The position numbers and the translations under genes are program-made. Under the pieces are notes generated by a model. It was given only the letters and a program-made list of their open reading frames with translations. It was not told the origin of the DNA and ran no database searches. Source: an uncultured Acidobacteriota bacterium (GTDB lineage Bacteria > Acidobacteriota > UBA6911). Taken from it: a stretch of 64,000 bases of DNA. The stretch's first letter is position 1. Every line of letters starts with the position of its first letter. This document shows, piece after piece, positions 23,690 to 33,407 of the stretch. The DNA is taken from contig CAWEJX010000020.1 of assembly GCA_963809485.1 (NCBI GenBank), forward strand, positions 864,001-928,000, in the 5' to 3' direction.

Positions 23690-24643
23690 ATGACAGAGCC
23701 ATTGAGAAATCCCGACGCGGAACATACGCCCGTCATGCTCAGGGAAACGCTGGACCTGCTGCGGTGCCGGCCGGGCGGAATCTATGTGGACGCAACGGTC
23801 GGGATGGGAGGCCACGCGCTGAGCATTTTGGAGAGATGCCAGCCCGGAGGTTTGCTCGTGGGCATCGACCGCGACAAGGAATCACTGGAAAAAGCAGCCG
23901 CGCGATTGAAGCCCTTCTCCGGCAATTTCCGGCTGTTTCACGACAACTTCAAAAACCTGCCCCTGATTCTCAATAACCTGGCGGCCCGGCCGGTCGACGG
24001 GATCGTGGTGGATCTTGGAGTTTCATCCTATCAGCTCCTTTCGCCAGAACGCGGTTTCAGTTTCCAGTCGGACGTCATGCTGGACATGCGCATGGACAGG
24101 AGCCAGCAGTGGACCGCTGCAGACCTGGTCAACGGCATGTCCGAAAGCGAACTTGCGGACATCCTATTCCGGTACGGCGAGGAGCGCCTTTCCCGGCGAA
24201 TCGCCGCGGCGATCGTTCACGAGAGAGCCCGGGCGCCGATTACGCGCTGCACTCAGCTGGCGGACATTGTCAGCCGTGTTTTCAAGGTCCGGTTTCACCA
24301 GGGGATTCACCCGGCGACGCGGACTTTCCAGGCGTTGCGCATCGCCGTCAATCAGGAACTGGATGGATTGGAGGAGTTTTTTCCCGAAGCGTTCAGCTTC
24401 CTGAGACCCGGCGGAAGGATGGTCGTGATCGCCTTTCATTCCCTGGAGGACAGGATCGTAAAAAGAACCTTTCGCAGGCTGGCCGGCCAGTGCGTCTGCG
24501 ATGCTCCTCCTGAGCTTTGCACATGCCCCAGGCAGGCCCTGGCGAATCTTCTTACATCCCGTCCCATTACGCCCGGTTCGGAGGAATTGGCCGCCAATCC
24601 CCGGGCCCGCAGCGCCCGCCTGCGGTCTGTGGAACGGTTATAG
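23690..24643 (+). CDS. rsmH: 16S rRNA (cytosine1402-N4)-methyltransferase
   Basis: HTPVML.E, DATVGMGGH, DLGVSS, FHSLEDRIVK, NPRARSARLR. Confidence 0.97.
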   Translation: MTEPLRNPDAEHTPVMLRETLDLLRCRPGGIYVDATVGMGGHALSILERCQPGGLLVGIDRDKESLEKAAARLKPFSGNFRLFHDNFKNLPLILNNLAARPVDGIVVDLGVSSYQLLSPERGFSFQSDVMLDMRMDRSQQWTAADLVNGMSESELADILFRYGEERLSRRIAAAIVHERARAPITRCTQLADIVSRVFKVRFHQGIHPATRTFQALRIAVNQELDGLEEFFPEAFSFLRPGGRMVVIAFHSLEDRIVKRTFRRLAGQCVCDAPPELCTCPRQALANLLTSRPITPGSEELAANPRARSARLRSVERL

Positions 24644-24711
24644 GAGTTGTATGGATTGGGAGCTTCCCGGATCAGACAGGATATGCCCGAACTTATATAT
24701 GGGAGATTGAG

Positions 24712-25152
24712 ATGACAGATTGGGCCGACGGCATAGAAACGCGAAATTACGGAATCAAGCGCGAATTCGACGGGCGCATGTTTTCAGAGTTCCTGAGAAC
24801 CATCCTGTCCCTCGCTCTGGTAGCCGGCGCACTCGTGTTTTATTCCTGGGTTCGCAACCAGATCATCAGCACGGGATACCAAGGCCAGAATCTGTTTGCC
24901 GAAGAAGCATTGCTGTTGCGGGCTGAAAAAAGGCTGGTGCTCGAGGAAGAAATGCTTCGGAATCCCGAGCGCATCGACGTCATCGCGCGCAACGACCTGG
25001 GGATGACTCCGCTGCACCCCAGACAGTTGATCATGCCGCAGCACGCGGATGTCGACCGCAGTCTCACGAACGCCATGGCAATGGCGGATTCCGGGGCCGC
25101 AAATCTGAAAAAGACAGCCTCCGGCAAGCGGTTGGGAAACTGGTCCAACTGA
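24712..25152 (+). CDS. ftsL: Cell division protein FtsL
   Basis: Single TM, leucine coiled coil, L.NPERI..IA..DLGM; between rsmH and ftsI. Confidence 0.8.
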   Translation: MTDWADGIETRNYGIKREFDGRMFSEFLRTILSLALVAGALVFYSWVRNQIISTGYQGQNLFAEEALLLRAEKRLVLEEEMLRNPERIDVIARNDLGMTPLHPRQLIMPQHADVDRSLTNAMAMADSGAANLKKTASGKRLGNWSN

Positions 25153-25252
25153 TGGATCGTCTTTTATTTCATGGGAGAGATTGACGGTTTACGATTGACG
25201 ATTCGGGCAGTCAGGATCGGTCGTCAATCGCAAACCATTAATCGCAGATCTT

Positions 25253-27352
25253 ATGCCCAGCAGCGGGAAGGGACAAAAAGCCGCACGAATCGCCATGGTC
25301 CTTGTGGGGATGACTCTCTGGAGCCTCCTCATCGTGATCCGCCTGGTGCAGCTGCAGGTTTTCGAGCACCAGTCGTTCCTCCAGCTTGCGCTCCAGAGGC
25401 AGCAGGTCACGCGCTCCATCCTGGCGCCTCGCGGCATCATTTACGACAGCCACATGGATGAACTCGCCACGAGCGTGACCGTCAGCACCGTGGTCGCCGA
25501 ACCCCGCAGGATTGGGAACATCCCTGCGGCAGCCCGCAAACTTGCGGCGATCCTCGACCTCAATTCGCGGGAACTCACGAGCCGCATGAAGGACCCGGCC
25601 CGGCAGAGATTCATGGTGGTTAAACGCAGGATCGATCCCGATGCGGAAAAACGGATCGAGTCGATCGGAATCGACGGCATATATTTTGTCGACGAAAGCA
25701 TGCGCGTCTATCCGAACCGCGAACTCGCAAGTCAAACCCTCGGATTCGTGAACATGAACGGCGACGGCGGTGCCGGGATCGAGCTGCAATACGACAAGGA
25801 TCTCCAGGGCAAACAGGGGCTGTTTTCCTTTGATGTGGATGCGCATCGGAGATCTTTCCGGGCCAAGGTGGAAAAGCCTCCCGTGCAGGGCCGCTCCCTG
25901 GTATTGAGCATTGACAAATCCATTCAATACATCGCCGACCGCGAGCTGGCGAACGGAGTCCAAAAGTATCAGGCGCGGGCGGGCACCGTTATCATCATGG
26001 AATCGGATACAGGCAGAATCCTGGCCCTTTCCAATTACCCTCAGTTCAACTGCAACACTTACAACGAGTATGCCGCCGACTTCTGGCGCAACCGGGCCGT
26101 TTCAGACATATTCGAGCCCGGATCAACATTCAAAGTAGTGGTGGCCGCAGCCGCCCTCGAAGCGGGACTGACCCGGCCGGATGAATTGATTGACTGCCAG
26201 ATGGGTTCCATCACCATCGGAAGGCACGTTTTCCACGATCACAAAGGATACGGACTCCTGAGCTTCCGTCAGATTCTCGAGTTCTCGTCCAACGTGGGCG
26301 CAGCCAAACTCGGCCTGAGATTGGGACAGCAGCGCCTCTACGAGGCGCTACGCAGTTTCGGATTCGGCTCGAAATCCGGAGTGGACCTGCCCGGTGAAAT
26401 CGTCGGGCTCGTGCGCGACTGGCGCGACTGGTCCGGACTTTCGATCGGGGCCATCTCCTTTGGCCAGGAAGTAGGCGTCACTTCCATCCAGATCACGACC
26501 GCCATCAATGCCATCGCCAACGGCGGTTACCGCGTGCGGCCTTCCGTGGTCGACCGGATTATCGACGAAAACGGCGACCTGGTTTCCGTGCATGCTCCGG
26601 AACGGGTCCGGCTGATAAGTCCGAGGACGGCTCAGGCCGTTTGCGAAGCATTTGAAGGCGTCGTCCTGCGCGGCACGGGCCGGCGCGCCGCCCTGGAAGG
26701 CTATCGCGCTGCGGGAAAAACCGGAACCGCACAAAAAATTGTGAACGGCCGCTACTCCGACAGCAAGTATGTGGCTTCGTTCATAGGATTCGCACCGCTT
26801 CCCAATCCCCGGATTACGATCCTGGTCCAGATCGATGAGCCCAAAGGAGGCTACTACGGCGGGGAGGTCTGCGCCCCGTACTTTAAGGCGATCGCGCAGG
26901 AAAGCCTGCTGCAACTTCGGGTCCCGCCGGACAAAAGCCTTCCCTTGCCCAAATTTTCTCCGGAAATCGCTGTCGCCGGCACCGAAGACTATCTTCCCAA
27001 TGCCACACCGGTCCAGCCGCTGACGGCGCAGATCGAAAGCCGGGCGGTTGAGGCGCATCATGGAGCCATATCCCTGGAAGTCGGAGAGGATTGGGTTGTG
27101 CTGCCGGATTTCCGAGGGCTGGCAAAAAGAAAGGTTCTCGACCGGTGCCTCGATCTGGGCATCCGGCTGCAATCGAGCGGATCCGGTGTTGCCGTTTACC
27201 AGTCGCCCCTGCCGGGCACCAGGATGCCGCTGGGAGCTGCCTGCAGTGTAACCTTCGCCAGAGGAAAGCTCAGAGAGCTTCCGGCCGAGACCAGAGCGAA
27301 GCCCGTAACGCAACCGGGCAATAAGCTGTTGTCGGCAAGCGCCCGGCCATGA
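25253..27352 (+). CDS. ftsI: Class B penicillin-binding protein (PBP3) with PASTA-like C-terminus
   Basis: EPGSTFK, SSNVG, GKTGTAQK motifs. Confidence 0.93.
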   Translation: MPSSGKGQKAARIAMVLVGMTLWSLLIVIRLVQLQVFEHQSFLQLALQRQQVTRSILAPRGIIYDSHMDELATSVTVSTVVAEPRRIGNIPAAARKLAAILDLNSRELTSRMKDPARQRFMVVKRRIDPDAEKRIESIGIDGIYFVDESMRVYPNRELASQTLGFVNMNGDGGAGIELQYDKDLQGKQGLFSFDVDAHRRSFRAKVEKPPVQGRSLVLSIDKSIQYIADRELANGVQKYQARAGTVIIMESDTGRILALSNYPQFNCNTYNEYAADFWRNRAVSDIFEPGSTFKVVVAAAALEAGLTRPDELIDCQMGSITIGRHVFHDHKGYGLLSFRQILEFSSNVGAAKLGLRLGQQRLYEALRSFGFGSKSGVDLPGEIVGLVRDWRDWSGLSIGAISFGQEVGVTSIQITTAINAIANGGYRVRPSVVDRIIDENGDLVSVHAPERVRLISPRTAQAVCEAFEGVVLRGTGRRAALEGYRAAGKTGTAQKIVNGRYSDSKYVASFIGFAPLPNPRITILVQIDEPKGGYYGGEVCAPYFKAIAQESLLQLRVPPDKSLPLPKFSPEIAVAGTEDYLPNATPVQPLTAQIESRAVEAHHGAISLEVGEDWVVLPDFRGLAKRKVLDRCLDLGIRLQSSGSGVAVYQSPLPGTRMPLGAACSVTFARGKLRELPAETRAKPVTQPGNKLLSASARP

Positions 27353-27353
27353 G

Positions 27354-28886
27354 ATGAGGTTCCGTATGCTTTTGAAGGAAGCGCTCGATCAGATACCCGG
27401 AATCCATCTTGCGGGAAAACCCGACACGCAGATTTCCGGGATCTCTTACGACTCGCGGACGGTCCGGGAAGGCGACCTGTTTGTTGCCATCAAGGGCGAA
27501 AAGACTGACGGCGCGCGTTTCGTCCGACAGGCGGTAGACCGTGGAGCCGCGGCGATAGCATCGGAACAGAGAGTCGAATGCGAAGCGCACACGGCAAGCC
27601 TGATTGTTCCGGATGGGCGCAAATTCCTGGCGGAGTTTTCCAGGGCGTTTTTCGGAGATCCCTGCTCGAAGCTTCAGCTGGTTGCCATAACCGGGACCAA
27701 CGGAAAAACCACCACTTCGTGCATGATGCATTCGCTTTACAGTCAGGCGGGCATCCTCTCCTGCCTCGTGGGAACGCTTGGCATGAAGATCGGCGCCCGG
27801 TCCTATCACAGCGAGCATACGACGCCCGAGGCTCCGGACCTGATGAGGTTTTTGAGCCAGGCTGTTGCGGAAGGCTGCACGCACGGAGCCCTGGAAGTCT
27901 CCTCGCATTCGCTGGCTCTCAAGAGGATTTTCGGCGCCAGGTTTCAGGTCGGGATCTTTATGAATCTCACGCGGGATCATCTCGATTTTCACAAGGATAT
28001 GGAATCCTACTATCAGGCCAAGAAGCAGCTTTTCATGCCTGAGAACGGCAACCGTGTCGAATTTGCCGTCATCAATACGGATGATGCCTACGGGCGGCGC
28101 CTTCGGGAGGAGATTGCCTGCCCCGCCCTGAGCATCGGCTTCAGCCGGCCTGCCGAAATATATGTGCTCGAATCCAGAAACCGCGCCGACGGCACGGACC
28201 TGGCGCTGGCGACCCCGGGCGGAGAAATACGCTTCCAGACGCGCCTTATAGGGCGGCCCAACATTTACAACATCATGGCAGCCACGGGCGCCGCCCTGTG
28301 CCAGGGGCTTGGTTTGGACCGGATACGCCACGGCATCGAGTCGCTGAAGGGTGTCCCTGGAAGGGTGGAACTCGTCGACGCCGGGCAGGATTTCACCGTG
28401 ATCGTCGATTACGCGCACTCGCCCGATGCGCTGGAGAACCTGCTGAAGACAGTCTCCCAGCTGCCGCATAAAAAACTCGTCACCCTATTCGGCTGCGGCG
28501 GCGACCGGGACAGGACCAAACGCCCGATCATGGGCGAAATAGCAGCCAGACTGAGCGATCTTGTGCTGGCGACGTCCGACAATCCGAGGTCGGAAAATCC
28601 GCTCGATATTTTGAAGGAGATAGAGCCTGGCCTGCGCAAAGGGCCGGCGCCCTATAAAATCATCCCGGACCGCCGCCAGGCGATCAAGTCGGCGGTTTTC
28701 ATGGCTTGCCCGGGAGATGTCGTAGTGATCGCGGGCAAAGGGCACGAGGACTACCAGATTGTGGGCGACCGTGTTTTACCGTTTGACGACAGGAAACTGG
28801 CAGGGGAGCTGATCCGTGAACGCTTGAAAGCGGGGAGTCCCGCAAGCCAGGGGAGTCAGGTACGTCCTGCAAAGCCGGAGGCTTGA
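27354..28886 (+). CDS. murE: UDP-MurNAc-tripeptide synthetase (meso-DAP type)
   Basis: GTNGKTTT, DYAHSPD, DNPR; the last ~10 codons and stop come from an inserted repeat. Confidence 0.96.
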   Translation: MRFRMLLKEALDQIPGIHLAGKPDTQISGISYDSRTVREGDLFVAIKGEKTDGARFVRQAVDRGAAAIASEQRVECEAHTASLIVPDGRKFLAEFSRAFFGDPCSKLQLVAITGTNGKTTTSCMMHSLYSQAGILSCLVGTLGMKIGARSYHSEHTTPEAPDLMRFLSQAVAEGCTHGALEVSSHSLALKRIFGARFQVGIFMNLTRDHLDFHKDMESYYQAKKQLFMPENGNRVEFAVINTDDAYGRRLREEIACPALSIGFSRPAEIYVLESRNRADGTDLALATPGGEIRFQTRLIGRPNIYNIMAATGAALCQGLGLDRIRHGIESLKGVPGRVELVDAGQDFTVIVDYAHSPDALENLLKTVSQLPHKKLVTLFGCGGDRDRTKRPIMGEIAARLSDLVLATSDNPRSENPLDILKEIEPGLRKGPAPYKIIPDRRQAIKSAVFMACPGDVVVIAGKGHEDYQIVGDRVLPFDDRKLAGELIRERLKAGSPASQGSQVRPAKPEA

Positions 28887-29250
28887 AAGATTTGAACCGC
28901 TCAAAGCGGTTGGAGGAGTTACGCCGGTCTTGAACGCTGACTTACGCGGGCAAAAGCCGATGAGGCGCTTCCGATCCCTGCAGGGGCCAGCGCTCCGCGC
29001 TGGACAGTTTTCTGCGGCGGCACTGTGGCAAGCGCCGTGCGGCAAGGAGATAAAGGGTATGAGAAACCGGGCGTTTGCAACAGTGCCGCCGCAGAAAACT
29101 CCATCGGAAGCGCCTCATCGGCTTTTGCTCGCCGACCCTCGCCGAACAAATCGGCGTTTGTCAGCGCTTTTATCAGCGTTTCTCAGCGTTTCAAAATACG
29201 GAGCTGTCAAACTCTTTGATTCCCCCGGCAGAGCCGGGGGTTTACCAATG
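28854..29250 (-). mobile_element. 397-bp non-autonomous IS200/IS605-like element, copy 1
   Basis: Near-identical to 49919-50315 and 52064-52460; subterminal hairpins; no transposase. Confidence 0.8.
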
Positions 29251-29310
29251 TAATATGACGCAAAGGGGCGGCCATAAACAGCCGCCATCGCGCTTGAATG
29301 GGTGCTTGAG

Positions 29311-30720
29311 ATGCTGCAACTGACTGCAAGGGACGTGGAATCCAGCACAAGGGGATCCTTGGCGCGCGGATCCGGGGGAACCCGCATCCCCGGAGTTTCC
29401 ATCGACACCCGCAGTCTGAAGGACGGGGATCTCTTCTTTGCCATCCGCGGCCCCAACCAGGATGGGCACCGCTTTATTCCGGATGCCCTTTCCAGGGGAG
29501 CTTCGGGAGTCGTCGCGGAACGCGGCTATCAGTATCCCGGTGAATTCCCCTCTGGCAGAATCCTTCTCACGGTGGAAAACACTCACGAAGCGCTCAAGGA
29601 TATCGCAATGTCGGTCCGGCGCCGGTGGCCTGGTGAACTGGTGGCGGTCACAGGAAGCATGGGCAAAACGACCACCAAGGAATTTGCCGCTCAGGTGCTG
29701 CAAAGCAGGTTCAGCGTTTACCGGACGCCGGGCAACTATAACAATCTGTTTGGGCTGCCGCTTGCCCTGCTCGGCCTGGACACGGGCCATGACATAGGGA
29801 TTTTCGAAATGGGGATGAGCACGCACGGGGAAATTGCCGAGATGTGCCGCATCGCCGCGCCATCCGTCGGAATTCTCATAAACATCGCACCCGTACATCT
29901 TGAATTTTTTGACTCGATCGAGGATATCGCGCAGTCCAAAGGTGAGCTCGTCGAGGCCCTGCCTCCGACAGGAACGCTGATTTTTAACGCCGACGACAGC
30001 CTGGTCCGCAGGATCGCCGCCCGGTTCGCGGGCGCCAAAATCTCATTTGGCCTGTCTGAAGGCGCCGATATCCGCGCGGAGCGCATCCAAATCACCGGCC
30101 TGGAGGAAACCCGTTTCCGGCTTTTATGCGCCGGCAGGGTCCTTGAGGCAATGATGCCATTCGCCGGCGCCCATTATGTGATGAACGCGCTTGCGGGCGT
30201 GGCGCTGGGCACTCGCTTCTCCGTCGAGCCCGAACGGATGATCGAAAGCCTCGCCACCCTGCAGCAGCCCGCAATGCGCGGCCAGATTGTGCGCTTCAAG
30301 GAGGGTTTCACCGTCATCGATGATTCCTACAATTCCAATCCCCGCGCACTGATGCAGATGATCGAAGTCTTGTCCGGCATGCCTTCCTTTGCGCGCCGGA
30401 TCCTGGTGGCGGGAGAAATGCTGGAGCTGGGGAAAGAATCGGCGGCCCTGCATTTCGAGTGCGGATCCTACGCGGCCAATAGGAAATTAGATATTGTGTT
30501 GGGCATCCGGGGAGACGCCCGTGAAATCGTCCGGGGAGCGGTGGAGTCCGGCTTGCCGGCCTCGCAGGCGCATTTTTTCCCGGATTCGGGTGCGGCGGCG
30601 GCTTTTGTTGCCGGCCAATTGCGCGAGCAGGACCTGGCGCTCATAAAGGGTTCACGGGGCGTGCATATGGAAAAGATCGTGCGCGGTTTGCGCGCGCGTT
30701 TTGAGGCTATCGGCGTCTGA
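29311..30720 (+). CDS. murF: UDP-MurNAc-pentapeptide synthetase
   Basis: TGSMGKTTTKE, GNYNN.FG.P, DDSYNSNP, KGSRG. Confidence 0.96.
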   Translation: MLQLTARDVESSTRGSLARGSGGTRIPGVSIDTRSLKDGDLFFAIRGPNQDGHRFIPDALSRGASGVVAERGYQYPGEFPSGRILLTVENTHEALKDIAMSVRRRWPGELVAVTGSMGKTTTKEFAAQVLQSRFSVYRTPGNYNNLFGLPLALLGLDTGHDIGIFEMGMSTHGEIAEMCRIAAPSVGILINIAPVHLEFFDSIEDIAQSKGELVEALPPTGTLIFNADDSLVRRIAARFAGAKISFGLSEGADIRAERIQITGLEETRFRLLCAGRVLEAMMPFAGAHYVMNALAGVALGTRFSVEPERMIESLATLQQPAMRGQIVRFKEGFTVIDDSYNSNPRALMQMIEVLSGMPSFARRILVAGEMLELGKESAALHFECGSYAANRKLDIVLGIRGDAREIVRGAVESGLPASQAHFFPDSGAAAAFVAGQLREQDLALIKGSRGVHMEKIVRGLRARFEAIGV

Positions 30721-30738
30721 GCTTCGGAGTTGTCTGGC

Positions 30739-32106
30739 ATGAGCTACAGCGGAAAGACAGTGTTGGTGGCTGGAGCGGGACGGAGCGGGATCGCGGCTTC
30801 CCGGTTTCTGCTCACAAACGGAGCCCGCGTCATCCTCACCGACACCCAAGGCATGGATGCGCTTCAGCCCTGCCTTGCTCCGCTGCTTGAAACGGCTCAG
30901 CGCGCGGGCAGACTGATCCTGGAATTGGGCGGACACCGTGAAGAGAGCTTCCGGGCCTGCGACTTGGTGGTCGTAAGCCCCGGAATTCCGCTGGCGCTTC
31001 CGTATTTTGAGATCAGCCGCAAAGCGGGGATTCCGGTCATCGCGGAGATTGAACTGGCCTGCCGCCATTTGAAAGGCAGAATTCTCGGCGTCACGGGATC
31101 CAACGGCAAGACAACCACGACCGCGCTGCTCGCGGCGCTCTTGACGGGCGCCGGGCTGAAGGGGCGCGCCGCGGGCAACATCGGCACCCCCCTGATAGGT
31201 TTCGCTTTCGACACCTCGCCGGAAGACATTTATGCGGTGGAGCTCTCCAGCTTTCAGCTCGAGGGCATCCATCAATTCCGGCCTTACGTGGGAGCGATTT
31301 TGAATCTGACTCCGGATCACCTGGACCGGTATTCGGATTTCAGGGATTACATCGCGGCCAAACGGCGCATTTTTATGAACCAGGAAAACACGGACTACGC
31401 GCTTCTGAACGCGGACGATGCGGAGACGGCGGCGATGGCCTCGGAGGTCCACGCCCAGCCGGTGCTGTTCAGCCGGCGGAAGCCTGTAGACCGGGGAGCG
31501 TTTGTGCGCAACGGCCGGGTCGTGTACCGGGATGGAAATGGAGAAAAGGATCTCTTTGTCGCAGACGTTTCGCCCCTGCGGGGCGGACACAACCTGGAAA
31601 ACATTCTGGCGGCCTGCGCGATGGCGATTCTGGCCGGCACGCCGCCGGAATCCCTTGAGGGCAGCGTTCGCGGCTTCAAAGGCGTCGAGCACCGGATTGA
31701 ATTTGTCTGTGAGCGCAATGGAGTTCAGTTTTTTAACGATTCGAAAGCCACCAACGTCGACGCCGCCGTCAAATCGCTTGAAGCATTCCCCGGCAACATA
31801 CTTCTGATAGCGGGAGGGCGGGACAAAGCCGGAGACTTCGCGGCTCTGAAAAATCTGGTCCGGGAACGGGTCAAGCACCTGGTTTTGATCGGTGAGGCGA
31901 CGGGCAAGATCCAAAAGGCCCTCGCCGGCGCGGCGGATGCAATCGAGGCCTCCTCCATGGAGGAGGCGGTCGACCTGTGCAGCCGTCTGGCCCGGCCCGG
32001 CGACGTGGTGCTGCTTGCCCCGGCCTGTGCGAGCTTCGACATGTTCCGGGATTATGAGCACCGGGGTCGGGCGTTCAAGGAAGCGGTGCGCAAACTGAAA
32101 GAGTGA
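30739..32106 (+). CDS. murD: UDP-MurNAc-L-Ala--D-glutamate ligase
   Basis: VVSPGIP, TGSNGKTTT, ELSSFQL, NDSKATN, PACASFD. Confidence 0.96.
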   Translation: MSYSGKTVLVAGAGRSGIAASRFLLTNGARVILTDTQGMDALQPCLAPLLETAQRAGRLILELGGHREESFRACDLVVVSPGIPLALPYFEISRKAGIPVIAEIELACRHLKGRILGVTGSNGKTTTTALLAALLTGAGLKGRAAGNIGTPLIGFAFDTSPEDIYAVELSSFQLEGIHQFRPYVGAILNLTPDHLDRYSDFRDYIAAKRRIFMNQENTDYALLNADDAETAAMASEVHAQPVLFSRRKPVDRGAFVRNGRVVYRDGNGEKDLFVADVSPLRGGHNLENILAACAMAILAGTPPESLEGSVRGFKGVEHRIEFVCERNGVQFFNDSKATNVDAAVKSLEAFPGNILLIAGGRDKAGDFAALKNLVRERVKHLVLIGEATGKIQKALAGAADAIEASSMEEAVDLCSRLARPGDVVLLAPACASFDMFRDYEHRGRAFKEAVRKLKE

Positions 32107-32297
32107 ATGCAGCGATGCGTGCATCTCATGAGTTTGTTTTGTATCAGAAGAAGGAAGCCGGAAAACGGAAGCACGACGCCGGGTGCAAGGACCGGAATCG
32201 CCGCTTCCGTCCGGCTTCCGACTTCTGTCCCGCCTGGCTGGCTGCATGCCGGTCAAACCGGGGGCAGGATTTCGGCGGTTTTTCAGGTTAATGGCAT

Positions 32298-33404
32298 ATG
32301 GCATACAAACCCAGCAGTGATAAAATTCTTTTTTTTGCGGCAGGCCTGCTGACGATTTTTGGCCTGGTCATGGTTTACAGCGCATCGTCGGTCATGGCTT
32401 CTTCCAAGTATGGCGCTTCGTCGTATTTCTTTGTACGCCAGCTGATGTATGCATGTTTGGGCTTCATTTTTTTGACCGTACTGATGCATGTCGACTATCA
32501 CACGTGGCAGAAACCCAAAGCCATCGGTTGGATGCTTGCCTTGTGCATAGTCAGCCTGGGCTTTGTTCTGACCCAGGGAGCCGTCAACGGCTCCCACCGG
32601 TGGCTGCGCCTGGGCAGTTTCATTTCCATCCAGCCCTCGGAAATCGCCAAACTGGTCGTGTTGATATTCCTCGCCGCTTTCCTCCAGAAATACGAAAATG
32701 AAATCAACCAGCCGGTCCGGAGATTGCTGCCCCTGGGAGCCGTCATCGGCCTGGTCGCCGGTCTGATAGCCGTCGAGCCCGATCTCGGTCAGGCTATTTG
32801 TATTTGCCTCATCACCGCGGTCCTGCTTTACGTCGCCGGCCTGTCCTGGAAATATTTCGCGGGTGCGGGCCTCCTCTCGATTCCAGCCTTTTATATTCTG
32901 GTGGTGCAGGAGCCCTACCGGCTGGAAAGGATCCGGGCGTTCCTGAATCCGTTTCATGATCCGCTGGGTTCGGGCTGGCAGATATCGCAATCTTTGATCG
33001 CTGTCGGGAGCGGAGGGATTTCGGGCCTGGGGCTTGGCGCCAGCAAGCAGAAGCTCTTTTTCCTTCCTGAGGCAAGCAGCGACTTCATTTTTGCCGTCAT
33101 CGGCGAAGAGCTCGGATTGATTGCCACTGTTCTGGTTGCCTTTACATTCCTGGTCTATTTTTTCCGGGGGATGCGCATCGTGCTGCGATCGCCCGATCGT
33201 TTCGGTTTCTACCTGGGGCTCGGCATCACGCTCATGGTGGTGCTGCAGGGATTCATCAACATCTCCATGGTGCTGGCTATGATGCCCACAAAGGGAATCG
33301 CGTTGCCCTTCATCAGCCAGGGAGGCAGTTCTCTCCTGCTGAATCTGCTGGCGACCGGTGTGCTTCTGAACCTGTCGCATCATAACAAACCGGCCGAGGC
33401 TTAG
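32298..33404 (+). CDS. ftsW: SEDS peptidoglycan polymerase FtsW
   Basis: GLVMVYSAS, IQPSEIAK, LPEASSDFIF, LPFISQGGSS. Confidence 0.95.
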   Translation: MAYKPSSDKILFFAAGLLTIFGLVMVYSASSVMASSKYGASSYFFVRQLMYACLGFIFLTVLMHVDYHTWQKPKAIGWMLALCIVSLGFVLTQGAVNGSHRWLRLGSFISIQPSEIAKLVVLIFLAAFLQKYENEINQPVRRLLPLGAVIGLVAGLIAVEPDLGQAICICLITAVLLYVAGLSWKYFAGAGLLSIPAFYILVVQEPYRLERIRAFLNPFHDPLGSGWQISQSLIAVGSGGISGLGLGASKQKLFFLPEASSDFIFAVIGEELGLIATVLVAFTFLVYFFRGMRIVLRSPDRFGFYLGLGITLMVVLQGFINISMVLAMMPTKGIALPFISQGGSSLLLNLLATGVLLNLSHHNKPAEA

Positions 33405-33407
33405 GAC

